This document shows positions 25,301-39,663 of a stretch of DNA of 64,000 nucleotides, piece by piece. Source of the DNA: Auanema rhodensis (taxonomy: Eukaryota > Animalia > Nematoda); the NCBI GenBank assembly GCA_964057225.1, contig OZ059898.1, forward strand, positions 2,542,001-2,606,000, read 5' to 3'. Position numbers and translations under genes: made by a program. How positions within the stretch are numbered: the first letter of the stretch is position 1; every line of letters starts with the position of its first letter. Below the pieces are notes generated by a model that was given only the letters and a program-made list of their open reading frames with translations, searched no databases and was not told the origin of the DNA.

Positions 25301-28300
25301 GATATAAGTTCACACTTATATCCTCGATTTTCACCCTGAAGAAATAATTTTTTCGTTGAATAACATTGTCCATCGTCTTTGCGTTGAAAAATGGAATCTA
25401 AAAACATCTACTTTTTGCTAAATTATTTTGAAATTTTTCGAAAAAATTTTTGTCAAAATGTTTTTGGAAGCAATGTTGAGTGTACATGGAAACTCAACAT
25501 ACACTAATGCATCATTTTTCAAACGATCATAACTAATTTTTGTATTAAGCGTTTCTCAATGTAGTATAGTGCATTCGATGCGGATTTTTAAGCTGCGTCG
25601 ATCTGTGTTATCAGATTTGCGCTAGCTTAAAAATGCACCGAGATATCAACTGATATAAGTTCACACTTATATCCTCGATTTTCACCCTGAAGAAATAATT
25701 TTTTCCTTGAATAACATTGTCCATCGTCTTTGCCTTGAAAAAAGGAATCTAAAAACATCTACTTTTTGCTAAATTATTTTGAAATTTTTCGAAAAAATTT
25801 TTGTCAAAATGTTTTTGGAAGCAATGTTGAGTGTACATGGAAACTCAACATACACTAATGCATCATTTTTCAAACGATCATAACTAATTTTTGTATTAAG
25901 CGTTTCTCAATGTAGTATAGTGCATTCGATGCGGATTTTTAAGCTGCGTCGATCTGTGTTATCAGATTTGCGCTAGCTTAAAAATGCACCGAGATATCAA
26001 CTGATATAAGTTCACACTTATATCCTCGATTTTCACCCTGAAGAATTAATTTTTTTGTTGAATAACATTGTCTATCGTCTTTGCCTTAAAAAATGGAATC
26101 TAAAAACATCTACTTTTAGCTAAATTATTTTGAAATTTTTCGAAAAAATTTTTGTCAAAATGTTTTTGGAAGCAATGTTGAGTGTACATGGAAACTCAAC
26201 ATACACTAATGCATCATTTTTCAAACGATCATAACTAATTTTTGTATTAAGCGTTTCTCAATGTAGTATAGTGCATTCGATGCGGATTTTTAAGCTGCGT
26301 CGATCTGTGTTATCAGATTTGCGCTAGCTTAAAAATGCACCGAGATATCAACTGATATAAGTTCACACTTATATCCTCGATTTTCACCCTGAAGAATTAA
26401 TTTTTTTGTTGAATAACATTGTCTATCGTCTTTGCCTTAAAAAATGGAATCTAAAAACATCTACTTTTAGCTAAATTATTTTGAAATTTTTCGAAAAAAT
26501 TTTTGTCAAAATGTTTTTGGAAGCAATGTTGAGTGTACATGGAAACTCAACATACACTAATGCATCATTTTTCAAACGATCATAACTAATTTTTGTATCA
26601 AGTGTTTCTCAATGTAGTATAGTGCATTCGATGCGGATTTTTAAGCTGCGTCGATCTGTGTTATCAGATTTGCGCTAGCTTAAAAATGCACCGAGATATC
26701 AACTGATATAAGTTCACACTTATATCCTCGATTTTCACCCTGAAGAATTAATTTTTTCGTTGAATAACATTGTCCATCGTCTTTTCCTTGAAAAATGGAA
26801 TCTTAAAACATCTACTTTTTGCTAAATTATTTTGAAATTTTTCGAAAAAATTTTTGTCAAAATGTTTTTGGAAGCAATGTTGAGTGTACATGGAAACTCA
26901 ACATACACTAATGCATCATTTTTCAAACGATCATAACTAATTTTTGTATCAAGTGTTTCTCAATGTAATATAGTGCATTCGATGCGGATTTTTAAGATGC
27001 GTCGATCTGTGTTGTCAGATTTGCGCTAGCTTAAAAATGCACCGAGATATCAACTGATATAAGTTCACACTTATATCCTCGATTTTCACCCTGAAGAAAT
27101 AATTTTTTCGTTGAATAACATTGTCCATCGTCTTTGCGTTGAAAAATGGAATCTAAAAACATCTACTTTTTGCTAAATTATTTTGAAATTTTTCGAAAAA
27201 ATTTTTGTCAAAATGTTTTTGGAAGCAATGTTGAGTGTACATGGAAACTCAACATACACTAATGCATCATTTTTCAAACGATCATAACTAATTTTTGTAT
27301 CAAGTGTTTCTCAATGTAGTATAGTGCATTCGATGCGGATTTTTAAGCTGCGTCGATCTGTGTTATCAGATTTGCGCTAGCTTAAAAATGCACCGAGATA
27401 TCAACTGATATAAGTTCACACTTATATCCTCGATTTTCACCCTGAAAAATTAATTTTTTCGTTGAATAACATTGTCCATCGTCTTTGCGTTGAAAAATGG
27501 AATCTAAAAACATCTACTTTTTGCTAAATTATTTTGAAATTTTTCGAAAAAATTTTTGTCAAAATGTTTTTGGAAGCAATGTTGAGTGTACATGGAAACT
27601 CAACATACACTAATGCATCATTTTTCAAACGATCATAACTAATTTTTGTATCAAGCGTTTCTCAATGTAGTATAGTGCATTCGATCCGGATTTTTAAGAT
27701 GCGTCGATCTGTGTTGTCAGATTTGCGCTAGCTTAAAAATGCACCGAGATATCAACTGATATAAGTTCACACTTATATCCTCGATTTTCACCCTGAAGAA
27801 ATAATTTTTTCGTTGAATAACATTGTCCATCGTCTTTGCGTTGAAAAATGGAATCTAAAAACATCTACTTTTTGCTAAATTATTTTGAAATTTTTCGAAA
27901 AAATTTTTGTCAAAATGTTTTTGGAAGCAATGTTGAGTGTACATGGAAACTCAACATACACTAATGCATCATTTTTCAAACGATCATAACTAATTTTTGT
28001 ATCAAGTGTTTCTCAATGTAATATAGTGCATTCGATGCGGATTTTTAAGATGCGTCGATCTGTGTTGTCAGATTTGCGCTAGCTTAAAAATGCACCGAGA
28101 TATCAACTGATATAAGTTCACACTTATATCCTCGATTTTCACCCTGAAGAAATAATTTTTTCGTTGAATAACATTGTCCATCGTCTTTGCGTTGAAAAAT
28201 GGAATCTAAAAACATCTACTTTTTGCTAAATTATTTTGAAATTTTTCGAAAAAATTTTTGTCAAAATGTTTTTGGAAGCAATGTTGAGTGTACATGGAAA

Positions 28301-31300
28301 CTCAACATACACTAATGCATCATTTTTCAAACGATCATAACTAATTTTTGTATTAAGCGTTTCTCAATGTAGTATAGTGCATTCGATGCGGATTTTTAAG
28401 CTGCGTCGATCTGTGTTATCAGATTTGCGCTAGCTTAAAAATGCACCGAGATATCAACTGATATAAGTTCACACTTATATCCTCGATTTTCACCCTGAAG
28501 AATTAATTTTTTTGTTGAATAACATTGTCTATCGTCTTTGCCTCAAAAAATGGAATCTAAAAACATCTACTTTTAGCTAAATTATTTTGAAATTTTTCGA
28601 AAAAATTTTTGTCAAAATGTTTTTGGAAGCAATGTTGAGTGTACATGGAAACTCAACATACACTAATGCATCATTTTTCAAACGATCATAACTAATTTTT
28701 GTATCAAGTGTTTCTCAATGTAGTATAGTGCATTCGATGCGGATTTTTAAGCTGCGTCGATCTGTGTTATCAGATTTGCGCTAGCTTAAAAATGCACCGA
28801 GATATCAACTGATATAAGTTCACACTTATATCCTCGATTTTCACCCTGAAGAATTAATTTTTTCGTTGAATAACATTGTCCATCTTCTTTTCCTTGAAAA
28901 ATGGAATCTTAAAACATCTACTTTTTGCTAAATTATTTTGAAATTTTTCGAAAAAATTTTTGTCAAAATGTTTTTGGAAGCAATGTTGAGTGTACATGGA
29001 AACTCAACATACACTAATGCATCATTTTTCAAACGATCATAACTAATTTTTGTATCAAGTGTTTCTCAATGTAATATAGTGCATTCGATGCGGATTTTTA
29101 AGATGCGTCGATCTGTGTTGTCAGATTTGCGCTAGCTTAAAAATGCACCGAGATATCAACTGATATAAGTTCACACTTATATCCTCGATTTTCACCCTGA
29201 AGAAATAATTTTTTCGTTGAATAACATTGTCCATCGTCTTTGCGTTGAAAAATGGAATCTAAAAACATCTACTTTTTGCTAAATTATTTTGAAATTTTTC
29301 GAAAAAATTTTTGTCAAAATGTTTTTGGAAGCAATGTTGAGTGTACATGGAAACTCAACATACACTAATGCATCATTTTTCAAACGATCATAACTAATTT
29401 TTGTATCAAGTGTTTCTCAATGTAGTATAGTGCATTCGATGCGGATTTTTAAGCTGCGTCGATCTGTGTTATCAGATTTGCGCTAGCTTAAAAATGCACC
29501 GAGATATCAACTGATATAAGTTCACACTTATATCCTCGATTTTCACCCTGAAAAATTAATTTTTTCGTTGAATAACATTGTCCATCGTCTTTGCGTTGAA
29601 AAATGGAATCTAAAAACATCTACTTTTTGCTAAATTATTTTGAAATTTTTCGAAAAAATTTTTGTCAAAATGTTTTTGGAAGCAATGTTGAGTGTACATG
29701 GAAACTCAACATACACTAATGCATCATTTTTCAAACGATCATAACTAATTTTTGTATCAAGCGTTTCTCAATGTAGTATAGTGCATTCGATCCGGATTTT
29801 TAAGATGCGTCGATCTGTGTTGTCAGATTTGCGCTAGCTTAAAAATGCACCGAGATATCAACTGATATAAGTTCACACTTATATCCTCGATTTTCACCCT
29901 GAAGAAATAATTTTTTCGTTGAATAACATTGTCCATCGTCTTTGCGTTGAAAAATGGAATCTAAAAACATCTACTTTTTGCTAAATTATTTTGAAATTTT
30001 TCGAAAAAATTTTTGTCAAAATGTTTTTGGAAGCAATGTTGAGTGTACATGGAAACTCAACATACACTAATGCATCATTTTTCAAACGATCATAACTAAT
30101 TTTTGTATCAAGTGTTTCTCAATGTAATATAGTGCATTCGATGCGGATTTTTAAGCTGCGTCGATCTGTGTTATCAGATTTGCGCTAGCTTAAAAATGCA
30201 CCGAGATATCAACTGATATAAGTTCACACTTATATCCTCGATTTTCACCCTGAAAAATTAATTTTTTCGTTGAATAACATTGTCCATCGTCTTTGCGTTG
30301 AAAAATGGAATCTAAAAACATCTACTTTTTGCTAAATTATTTTGAAATTTTTCGAAAAAATTTTTGTCAAAATGTTTTTGGAAGCAATGTTGAGTGTACA
30401 TGGAAACTCAACATACACTAATGCATCATTTTTCAAACGATCATAACTAATTTTTGTATCAAGCGTTTCTCAATGTAGTATAGTGCATTCGATCCGGATT
30501 TTTAAGATGCGTCGATCTGTGTTGTCAGATTTGCGCTAGCTTAAAAATGCACCGAGATATCAACTGATATAAGTTCACACTTATATCCTCGATTTTCACC
30601 CTGAAGAAATAATTTTTTCGTTGAATAACATTGTCCATCGTCTTTGCGTTGAAAAATGGAATCTAAAAACATCTACTTTTTGCTAAATTATTTTGAAATT
30701 TTTCGAAAAAATTTTTGTCAAAATGTTTTTGGAAGCAATGTTGAGTGTACATGGAAACTCAACATACACTAATGCATCATTTTTCAAACGATCATAACTA
30801 ATTTTTGTATCAAGTGTTTCTCAATGTAATATAGTGCATTCGATGCGGATTTTTAAGCTGCGTCGATCTGTGTTATCAGATTTGCGCTAGCTTAAAAATG
30901 CACCGAGATATCAACTGATATAAGTTCACACTTATATCCTCGATTTTCACCCTGAAGAATTAATTTTTTCGTTGAATAACATTGTCCATCGTCTTTGCCT
31001 TGAAAAATGGAATCTAAAAACATCTACTTTTTGCTAAATTATTTTGAAATTTTTCGAAACAATTTTTGTCAAAATGTTTTTGGAAGCAATGTTGAGTGTA
31101 CATGGAAACTCAACATACACTAATGCATCATTTTTCAAACGATCATAACTAATTTTTGTATCAAGTGTTTCTCAATGTAATATAGTGCATACGATGCGGA
31201 TTTTTAAGCTGCGTCGATCTGTGTTATCAGATTTGCGCTAGCTTAAAAATGCACCGAGATATCAACTGATATAAGTTCACACTTATATCCTCGATTTTCA

Positions 31301-32292
31301 CCCTGAAAAATTAATTTTTTCGTTGAATAACATTGTCCATCGTCTTTGCGTTGAAAAATGGAATCTAAAAACATCTACTTTTTGCTAAATTATTTTGAAA
31401 TTTTTCGAAAAAATTTTTGTCAAAATGTTTTTGGAAGCAATGTTGAGTGTACATGGAAACTCAACATACACTAATGCATCATTTTTCAAACGATCATAAC
31501 TAATTTTTGTATCAAGCGTTTCTCAATGTAGTATAGTGCATTCAATCCGGATTTTTAAGATGCGTCGATCTGTGTTATCAGATTTGCGCTAGCTTAAAAA
31601 TGCACCGAGATATCAACTGATATAAGTTCACACTTATATCCTCGATTTTCAAACTGAAGAAATAATTTTTTCGTTGAATAACATTGTCAATCGTCTTTGC
31701 CTTGAAAAAAGGAATCTAAAAACATCTACTTTTTGCTAAATTATTTTGAAATTTTTCGAAAAAATTTTTGTCAAAATGTTTTTGGAAGCAATGTTGAGTG
31801 TACATGGAAACTCAACATACACTAATGCATCATTTTTCAAACGATCATAACTAATTTTTGTATTAAGCGTTTCTCAATGTAGTATAGTGCATTCGATGCG
31901 GATTTTCAAGCTGCGTCGATCTGTGTTATCAGATTTGCGCTAGCTTAAAAATGCACCGAGATATCAACTGATATAAGTTCACACTTATATCCTCGATTTT
32001 CACCCTGAAGAATTAATTTTTTCGTTGAATAACATTGTCCATCGTCTTTGCCTTGAAAAAAGGAATCTAAAAACATCTACTTTTTGCTAAATTATTTTGA
32101 AATTTTTCGAAAAAATTTTTGTCAAAATGTTTTTGGAAGCAATGTTGAGTGTACATGGAAACTCAACATACACTAATGCATCATTTTTCAAACGATCAGA
32201 ACTAATTTTTGTATTAAGCGTTTCTCAATGTAGTATAGTGCATTCGATGCGGATTTTCAAGCTGCGTCGATCTGTGTTATCAGATTTGCGCT

Positions 32293-35200
32293 AGCTTAAA
32301 AATGCACCGAGATATCAACTGATATAAGTTCACACTTATATCCTCGATTTTCACCCTGAAGAATTAATTTTTTCGTTGAATAACATTGTCTATCGTCTTT
32401 GCCTTGAGAAATGGAATCTAAAAACATCTACTTTTTGCTAAATTATTTTGAAATTTTTCGAAAAAATTTTTGTCAAAATGTTTTTGGAAGCAATGTTGAG
32501 TGTACATGGAAACTCAACATACACTAATGCATCATTTTTCAAACGATCATAACTAATTTTTGTATCAAGCGTTTTTCAATGTAGTATAGTGCATTCGATG
32601 CGGATTTTTAAGCTGCGTCGATCTGTGTTATCAGATTTGCGCTAGCTTAAAAATGCACCGAGATATCAACTGATATAAGTTCACACTTATATCCTCGATT
32701 TTCACCCTGAAGAAATAATTTTTTCCTTGAATAACATTGTCCATCGTCTTCGCCTTGAAAAAAGGAATCTAAAAACATCTACTTTTTGCTAAATTATTTT
32801 GAAATTTTTCGAAAAAATTTTTGTCAAAATGTTTTTGGAAGCAATGTTGAGTGTACATGGAAACTCAACATACACTAATGCATCATTTTTCAAACGTTCA
32901 TAACTAGTTTTTGTATTAAGCGTTTCTCAATGTAGTATAGTGCATTCGATGCGGATTTTTAAGCTGCGTCGATCTCTGTTATCAGATTTGCGCTAGCTTA
33001 AAAATGCACCGAGATATCAACTGATATAAGTTCACACTTATATCCTCGATTTTCACCCTGAAGAATTAATTTTTTCGTTGAATAACATTGTCTATCGTCT
33101 TTGCCTTGAAGAATGGAATCTAAAAACATCTACTTTTTGCTAAATTATTTTGAAATTTTTCGAAAAAATTTTTGTCAAAATGTTTTTGGAAGCAATGTTG
33201 AGTGTACATGGAAACTCAACATACACTAATGCATCATTTTTCAAACGATCATAACTAATTTTTGTATTAAGCGTTTCTTAATGTAGTATAGTGCATTCGA
33301 TGCGGATTTTTAAGCTGCGTCGATCTGTGTTATCAGATTTGCGCTAGCTTAAAAATGCACCGAGATATCAACTGATATAAGTTCACACTTATATCCTCGA
33401 TTTTCACCCTGAAGAAATAATTTTTTCGTTGAATAACATTGTCCATCGTCTTTGCCTTGAAAAAAGGAATCTAAAAACATCTACTTTTTGCTAAATTATT
33501 TTGAAATTTTTCGAAAAAATTTTTGTCAAAATGTTTTTGGAAGCAATGTTGAGTGTACATGGAAACTCAACATACACTAATGCATCATTTTTCTAACGAT
33601 CATAACTAATTTTTGTATTAAGCTTCTCTCAATGTAGTATAGTGCATTCGATGCGGATTTTTAAGCTGCGTCGATCTGTGTTATCAGATTTGCGCTAGCT
33701 TAAAAATGCACCGAGATATCAACTGATATAAGTTCACACTTATATCCTCGATTTTCACCCTGAAGAATTAATTTTTTCGTTGAATAACATTGTCCAACGT
33801 CTTTGCCTTGAAAAATGGAATCTTAAAACATCTACTTTTTGCTAAATTATTTTGAAATTTTTCGAAAAAATTTTTGTCAAAATGTTTTTGGAAGCAATGT
33901 TGAGTGTACATGGAAACTCAACATACACTAATGCATCATTTTTCAAACGATCATAACTAATTTTTGTATCAAGTTTTTCTCAATGTAATATAGTGCATTC
34001 GATGCGGATTTTTAAGCTGCGTCGATCTGTGTTATCAGATTTGCGCTAGCTTAAAAATGCACCGAGATATCAACTGATATAAGTTCACACTTATATCCTC
34101 GATTTTCACCCTGAAGAATTAATTTTTTCGTTGAATAACATTGTCCATCGTCTTTGCTTTGAAAAATGGAATCTAAAAACATCTACTTTTTGCTAAATTA
34201 TTTTGAAATTTTTCGAAACAATTTTTGTCAAAATGTTTTTGGAAGCAATGTTGAGTGTACATGGAAACTCAACATACACTAATGCATCATTTTTCAAACG
34301 ATCATAACTAATTTTTGTATCAAGCGTTTCTTAATGTAGTATAGTGCATTCGATCCGGATTTTTAAGCTGCGTCGATCTGTGTTATCAGATTTGCGCTAG
34401 CTTAAAAATGCACCGAGATATCAACTGATATAAGTTCACACTTATATCCTCGATTTTCACCCTGAAGAATTAATTTTTTCGTTGAATAACATTGTCTATC
34501 GTCTTTGCCTTGAGAAATGGAATCTAAAAACATCTACTTTTCGCTAAATTATTTTGAAATTTTTCGAAAAAATTTTTGTCAAAATGTTTTTGGAAGCAAT
34601 GTTGAGTGTACATGGAAACTCAACATACACTAATGCATCATTTTTCAAACGATCATAACTAATTTTTGTATCAAGCGTTTTTCAATGTAGTATAGTGCAT
34701 TCGATGCGGATTTTTAAGCTGCGTCGATCTGTGTTATCAGATTTGCGCTAGCTTAAAAATGCACCAAGATATCAACTGATATAAGTTCACACTTATATCC
34801 TCGATTTTCACCCTGAAGAAATAATTTTTTCCTTGAATAACATTGTCCATCGTCTTCGCCTTGAAAAAAGGAATCTAAAAACATCTACTTTTTGCTAAAT
34901 TATTTTGAAATTTTTCGAAAAAATTTTTGTCAAAATGTTTTTGGAAGCAATGTTGAGTGTACATGGAAACTCAACATACACTAATGCATCATTTTTCAAA
35001 CGATCATAACTAATTTTTGTATCAAGCGTTTCTTAATGTAGTATAGTGCATTCGATCCGGATTTTTAAGCTGCGTCGATCTGTGTTATCAGATTTGCGCT
35101 AGCTTAAAAATGCACCGAGATATCAACTGATATAAGTTCACACTTATATCCTCGATTTTCACCCTGAAGAAATAATTTTTTCCTTGAATAACATTGTCCA

Positions 35201-38200
35201 TCGTCTTCGCCTTGAAAAAAGGAATCTAAAAACATCTACTTTTTGCTAAATTATTTTGAAATTTTTCGAAAAAATTTTTGTCAAAATGTTTTTGGAAGCA
35301 ATGTTGAGTGTACATGGAAACTCAACATACACTAATGCATCATTTTTCAAACGTTCATAACTAGTTTTTGTATTAAGCGTTTCTCAATGTAGTATAGTGC
35401 ATTCGATGCGGATTTTTAAGCTGCGTCGATCTCTGTTATCAGATTTGCGCTAGCTTAAAAATGCACCGAGATATCAACTGATATAAGTTCACACTTATAT
35501 CCTCGATTTTCACCCTGAAGAATTAATTTTTTCGTTGAATAACATTGTCTATCGTCTTTGCCTTGAAGAATGGAATCTAAAAACATCTACTTTTTGCTAA
35601 ATTATTTTGAAATTTTTCGAAAAAATTTTTGTCAAAATGTTTTTGGAAGCAATGTTGAGTGTACATGGAAACTCAAAATACACTAATGCATCATTTTTCA
35701 AACGATCATAACTAATTTTTGTATTAAGCGTTTCTTAATGTAGTATAGTGCATTCGATGCGGATTTTTAAGCTGCGTCGATCTGTGTTATCAGATTTGCG
35801 CTAGCTTAAAAATGCACCGAGATATCAACTGATATAAGTTCACACTTATATCCTCGATTTTCACCCTGAAGAAATAATTTTTTCGTTGAATAACATTGTC
35901 CATCGTCTTTGCCTTGAAAAAAGGAATCTAAAAACATCTACTTTTTGCTAAATTATTTTGAAATTTTTCGAAAAAATTTTTGTCAAAATGTTTTTGGAAG
36001 CAATGTTGAGTGTACATGGAAACTCAACATACACTAATGCATCATTTTTCTAACGATCATAACTAATTTTTGTATTAAGCTTCTCTCAATGTAGTATAGT
36101 GCATTCGATGAGGATTTTTAAGCTGCGTCGATCTGTGTTATCAGATTTGCGCTAGCTTAAAAATGCACCGAGATATCAACTGATATAAGTTCACACTTAT
36201 ATCCTCGATTTTCACCCTGAAGAATTAATTTTTTCGTTGAATAACATTGTCCAACGTCTTTGCCTTGAAAAATGGAATCTTAAAACATCTACTTTTTGCT
36301 AAATTATTTTGAAATTTTTCGAAAAAATTTTTGTCAAAATGTTTTTGGAAGCAATGTTGAGTGTACATGGAAACTCAACATACACTAATGCATCATTTTT
36401 CAAACGATCATAACTAATTTTTGTATCAAGTTTTTCTCAATGTAATATAGTGCATTCGATGCGGATTTTTAAGCTGCGTCGATCTGTGTTATCAGATTTG
36501 CGCTAGCTTAAAAATGCACCGAGATATCAACTGATATAAGTTCACACCTATATCCTCGATTTTCACCCTGAAGAATTAATTTTTTCGTTGAATAACATTG
36601 TCCATCGTCTTTGCTTTGAAAAATGGAATCTAAAAACATCTACTTTTTGCTAAATTATTTTGAAATTTTTCGAAACAATTTTTGTCAAAATGTTTTTGGA
36701 AGCAATGTTGAGTGTACATGGAAACTCAACATACACTAATGCATCATTTTTCAAACGATCATAACTAATTTTTGTATCAAGCGTTTCTTAATGTAGTATA
36801 GTGCATTCGATCCGGATTTTTAAGCTGCGTCGATCTGTGTTATCAGATTTGCGCTAGCTTAAAAATGCACCGAGATATCAACTGATATAAGTTCACACTT
36901 ATATCCTCGATTTTCACCCTGAAGAATTAATTTTTTCGTTGAATAACATTGTCTATCGTCTTTGCCTTGAGAAATGGAATCTAAAAACATCTACTTTTCG
37001 CTAAATTATTTTGAAATTTTTCGAAAAAATTTTTGTCAAAATGTTTTTGGAAGCAATGTTGAGTGTACATGGAAACTCAACATACACTAATGCATCATTT
37101 TTCAAACGATCATAACTAATTTTTGTATCAAGCGTTTTTCAATGTAGTATAGTGCATTCGATGCGGATTTTTAAGCTGCGTCGATCTGTGTTATCAGATT
37201 TGCGCTAGCTTAAAAATGCACCGAGATATCAACTGATATAAGTTCACACTTATATCCTCGATTTTCACCCTGAAGAAATAATTTTTTCCTTGAATAACAT
37301 TGTCCATCGTCTTCGCCTTGAAAAAAGGAATCTAAAAACATCTACTTTTTGCTAAATTATTTTGAAATTTTTCGAAAAAATTTTTGTCAAAATGTTTTTG
37401 GAAGCAATGTTGAGTGTACATGGAAACTCAACATACACTAATGCATCATTTTTCAAACGATCATAACTAATTTTTGTATCAAGCGTTTCTTAATGTAGTA
37501 TAGTGCATTCGATCCGGATTTTTAAGCTGCGTCGATCTGTGTTATCAGATTTGCGCTAGCTTAAAAATGCACCGAGATATCAACTGATATAAGTTCACAC
37601 TTATATCCTCGATTTTCACCCTGAAGAATTAATTTTTTCGTTGAATAACATTGTCTATCGTCTTTGCCTTGAGAAATGGAATCTAAAAACATCTACTTTT
37701 TGCTAAATTATTTTGAAATTTTTCGAAAAAATTTTTGTCAAAATGTTTTTGGAAGCAATGTTGAGTGTACATGGAAACTCAACATACACTAATGCATCAT
37801 TTTTCAAACGATCATAACTAATTTTTGTATCAAGCGTTTTTCAATGTAGTATAGTGCATTCGATGCGGATTTTTAAGCTGCGTCGATCTGTGTTATCAGA
37901 TTTGCGCTAGCTTAAAAATGCACCGAGATATCAACTGATATAAGTTCACACTTATATCCTCGATTTTCACCCTGAAGAAATAATTTTTTCCTTGAATAAC
38001 ATTGTCCATCGTCTTCGCCTTGAAAAAAGGAATCTAAAAACATCTACTTTTTGCTAAATTATTTTGAAATTTTTCGAAAAAATTTTTGTCAAAATGTTTT
38101 TGGAAGCAATGTTGAGTGTACATGGAAACTCAACATACACTAATGCATCATTTTTCAAACGTTCATAACTAGTTTTTGTATTAAGCGTTTCTCAATGTAG

Positions 38201-39663
38201 TATAGTGCATTCGATGCGGATTTTTAAGCTGCGTCGATCTCTGTTATCAGATTTGCGCTAGCTTAAAAATGCACCGAGATATCAACTGATATAAGTTCAC
38301 ACTTATATCCTCGATTTTCACCCTGAAGAATTAATTTTTTCGTTGAATAACATTGTCTATCGTCTTTGCCTTGAAAAATGGAATCTAAAAACATCTACTT
38401 TTTGCTAAATTATTTTGAAATTTTTCGAAAAAATTTTTGTCAAAATGTTTTTGGAAGCAATGTTGAGTGTACATGGAAACTCAACATACACTAATGCATC
38501 ATTTTTCAAACGATCATAACTAATTTTTGTATTAAGCGTTTCTTAATGTAGTATAGTGCATTCGATGCGGATTTTTAAGCTGCGTCGATCTGTGTTATCA
38601 GATTTGCGCTAGCTTAAAAATGCACCGAGATATCAACTGATATAAGTTCACACTTATATCCTCGATTTTCACCCTGAAGAAATAATTTTTTCGTTGAATA
38701 ATATTGTCCATCGTCTTTGCCTTGAAAAAAGGAATCTAAAAACATCTACTTTTTGCTAAATTATTTTGAAATTTTTCGAAAAAATTTTTGTCAAAATGTT
38801 TTTGGAAGCAATGTTGAGTGTACATGGAAACTCAACATACACTAATGCATCATTTTTCTAACGATCATAACTAATTTTTGTATTAAGCTTCTCTCAATGT
38901 AGTATAGTGCATTCGATGCGGATTTTTAAGCTGCGTCGATCTGTGTTATCAGATTTGCGCTAGCTTAAAAATGCACCGAGATATCAACTGATATAAGTTC
39001 ACACTTATATCCTCGATTTTCACCCTGAAGAATTAATTTTTTCGTTGAATAACATTGTCCAACGTCTTTGCCTTGAAAAATGGAATCTTAAAACATCTAC
39101 TTTTTGCTAAATTATTTTGAAATTTTTCGAAAAAATTTTTGTCAAAATGTTTTTGGAAGCAATGTTGAGTGTACATGGAAACTCAACATACACTAATGCA
39201 TCATTTTTCAAACGATCATAACTAATTTTTGTATCAAGTTTTTCTCAATGTAATATAGTGCATTCGATGCGGATTTTTAAGCTGCGTCGATCTGTGTTAT
39301 CAGATTTGCGCTAGCTTAAAAATGCACCGAGATATCAACTGATATAAGTTCACACTTATATCCTCGATTTTCACCCTGAAGAATTAATTTTTTCGTTGAA
39401 TAACATTGTCCATCGTCTTTGCTTTGAAAAATGGAATCTAAAAACATCTACTTTTTGCTAAATTATTTTGAAATTTTTCGAAACAATTTTTGTCAAAATG
39501 TTTTTGGAAGCAATGTTGAGTGTACATGGAAACTCAACATACACTAATGCATCATTTTTCAAACGATCATAACTAATTTTTGTATCAAGCGTTTCTTAAT
39601 GTAGTATAGTGCATTCGATCCGGATTTTTAAGCTGCGTCGATCTGTGTTATCAGATTTGCGCT
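32293..39663 (+). repeat. HOR domain built on a 6-monomer cassette (a-b-c-d-e-f) in three copies at 7- and 8-monomer spacing, M93-M113
   Basis: The order is a b c d e f a' h / b c d e f a' h / a b c d e f. Markers: b = 254T+264G+333C (M94, M101, M109); d = 249T (M96, M103, M111); e = 101A (M97, M104, M112); f = 111T+172C (M98, M105, M113). Confidence 0.88.

Noticed and set aside
32097-32294. 65-aa plus-strand ORF
   Set aside because: It exists only because a singleton SNP (258T>G at 32199) turns TAA into GAA in M92. It has a non-ATG start, lies wholly within the satellite and shows no recognisable domain.
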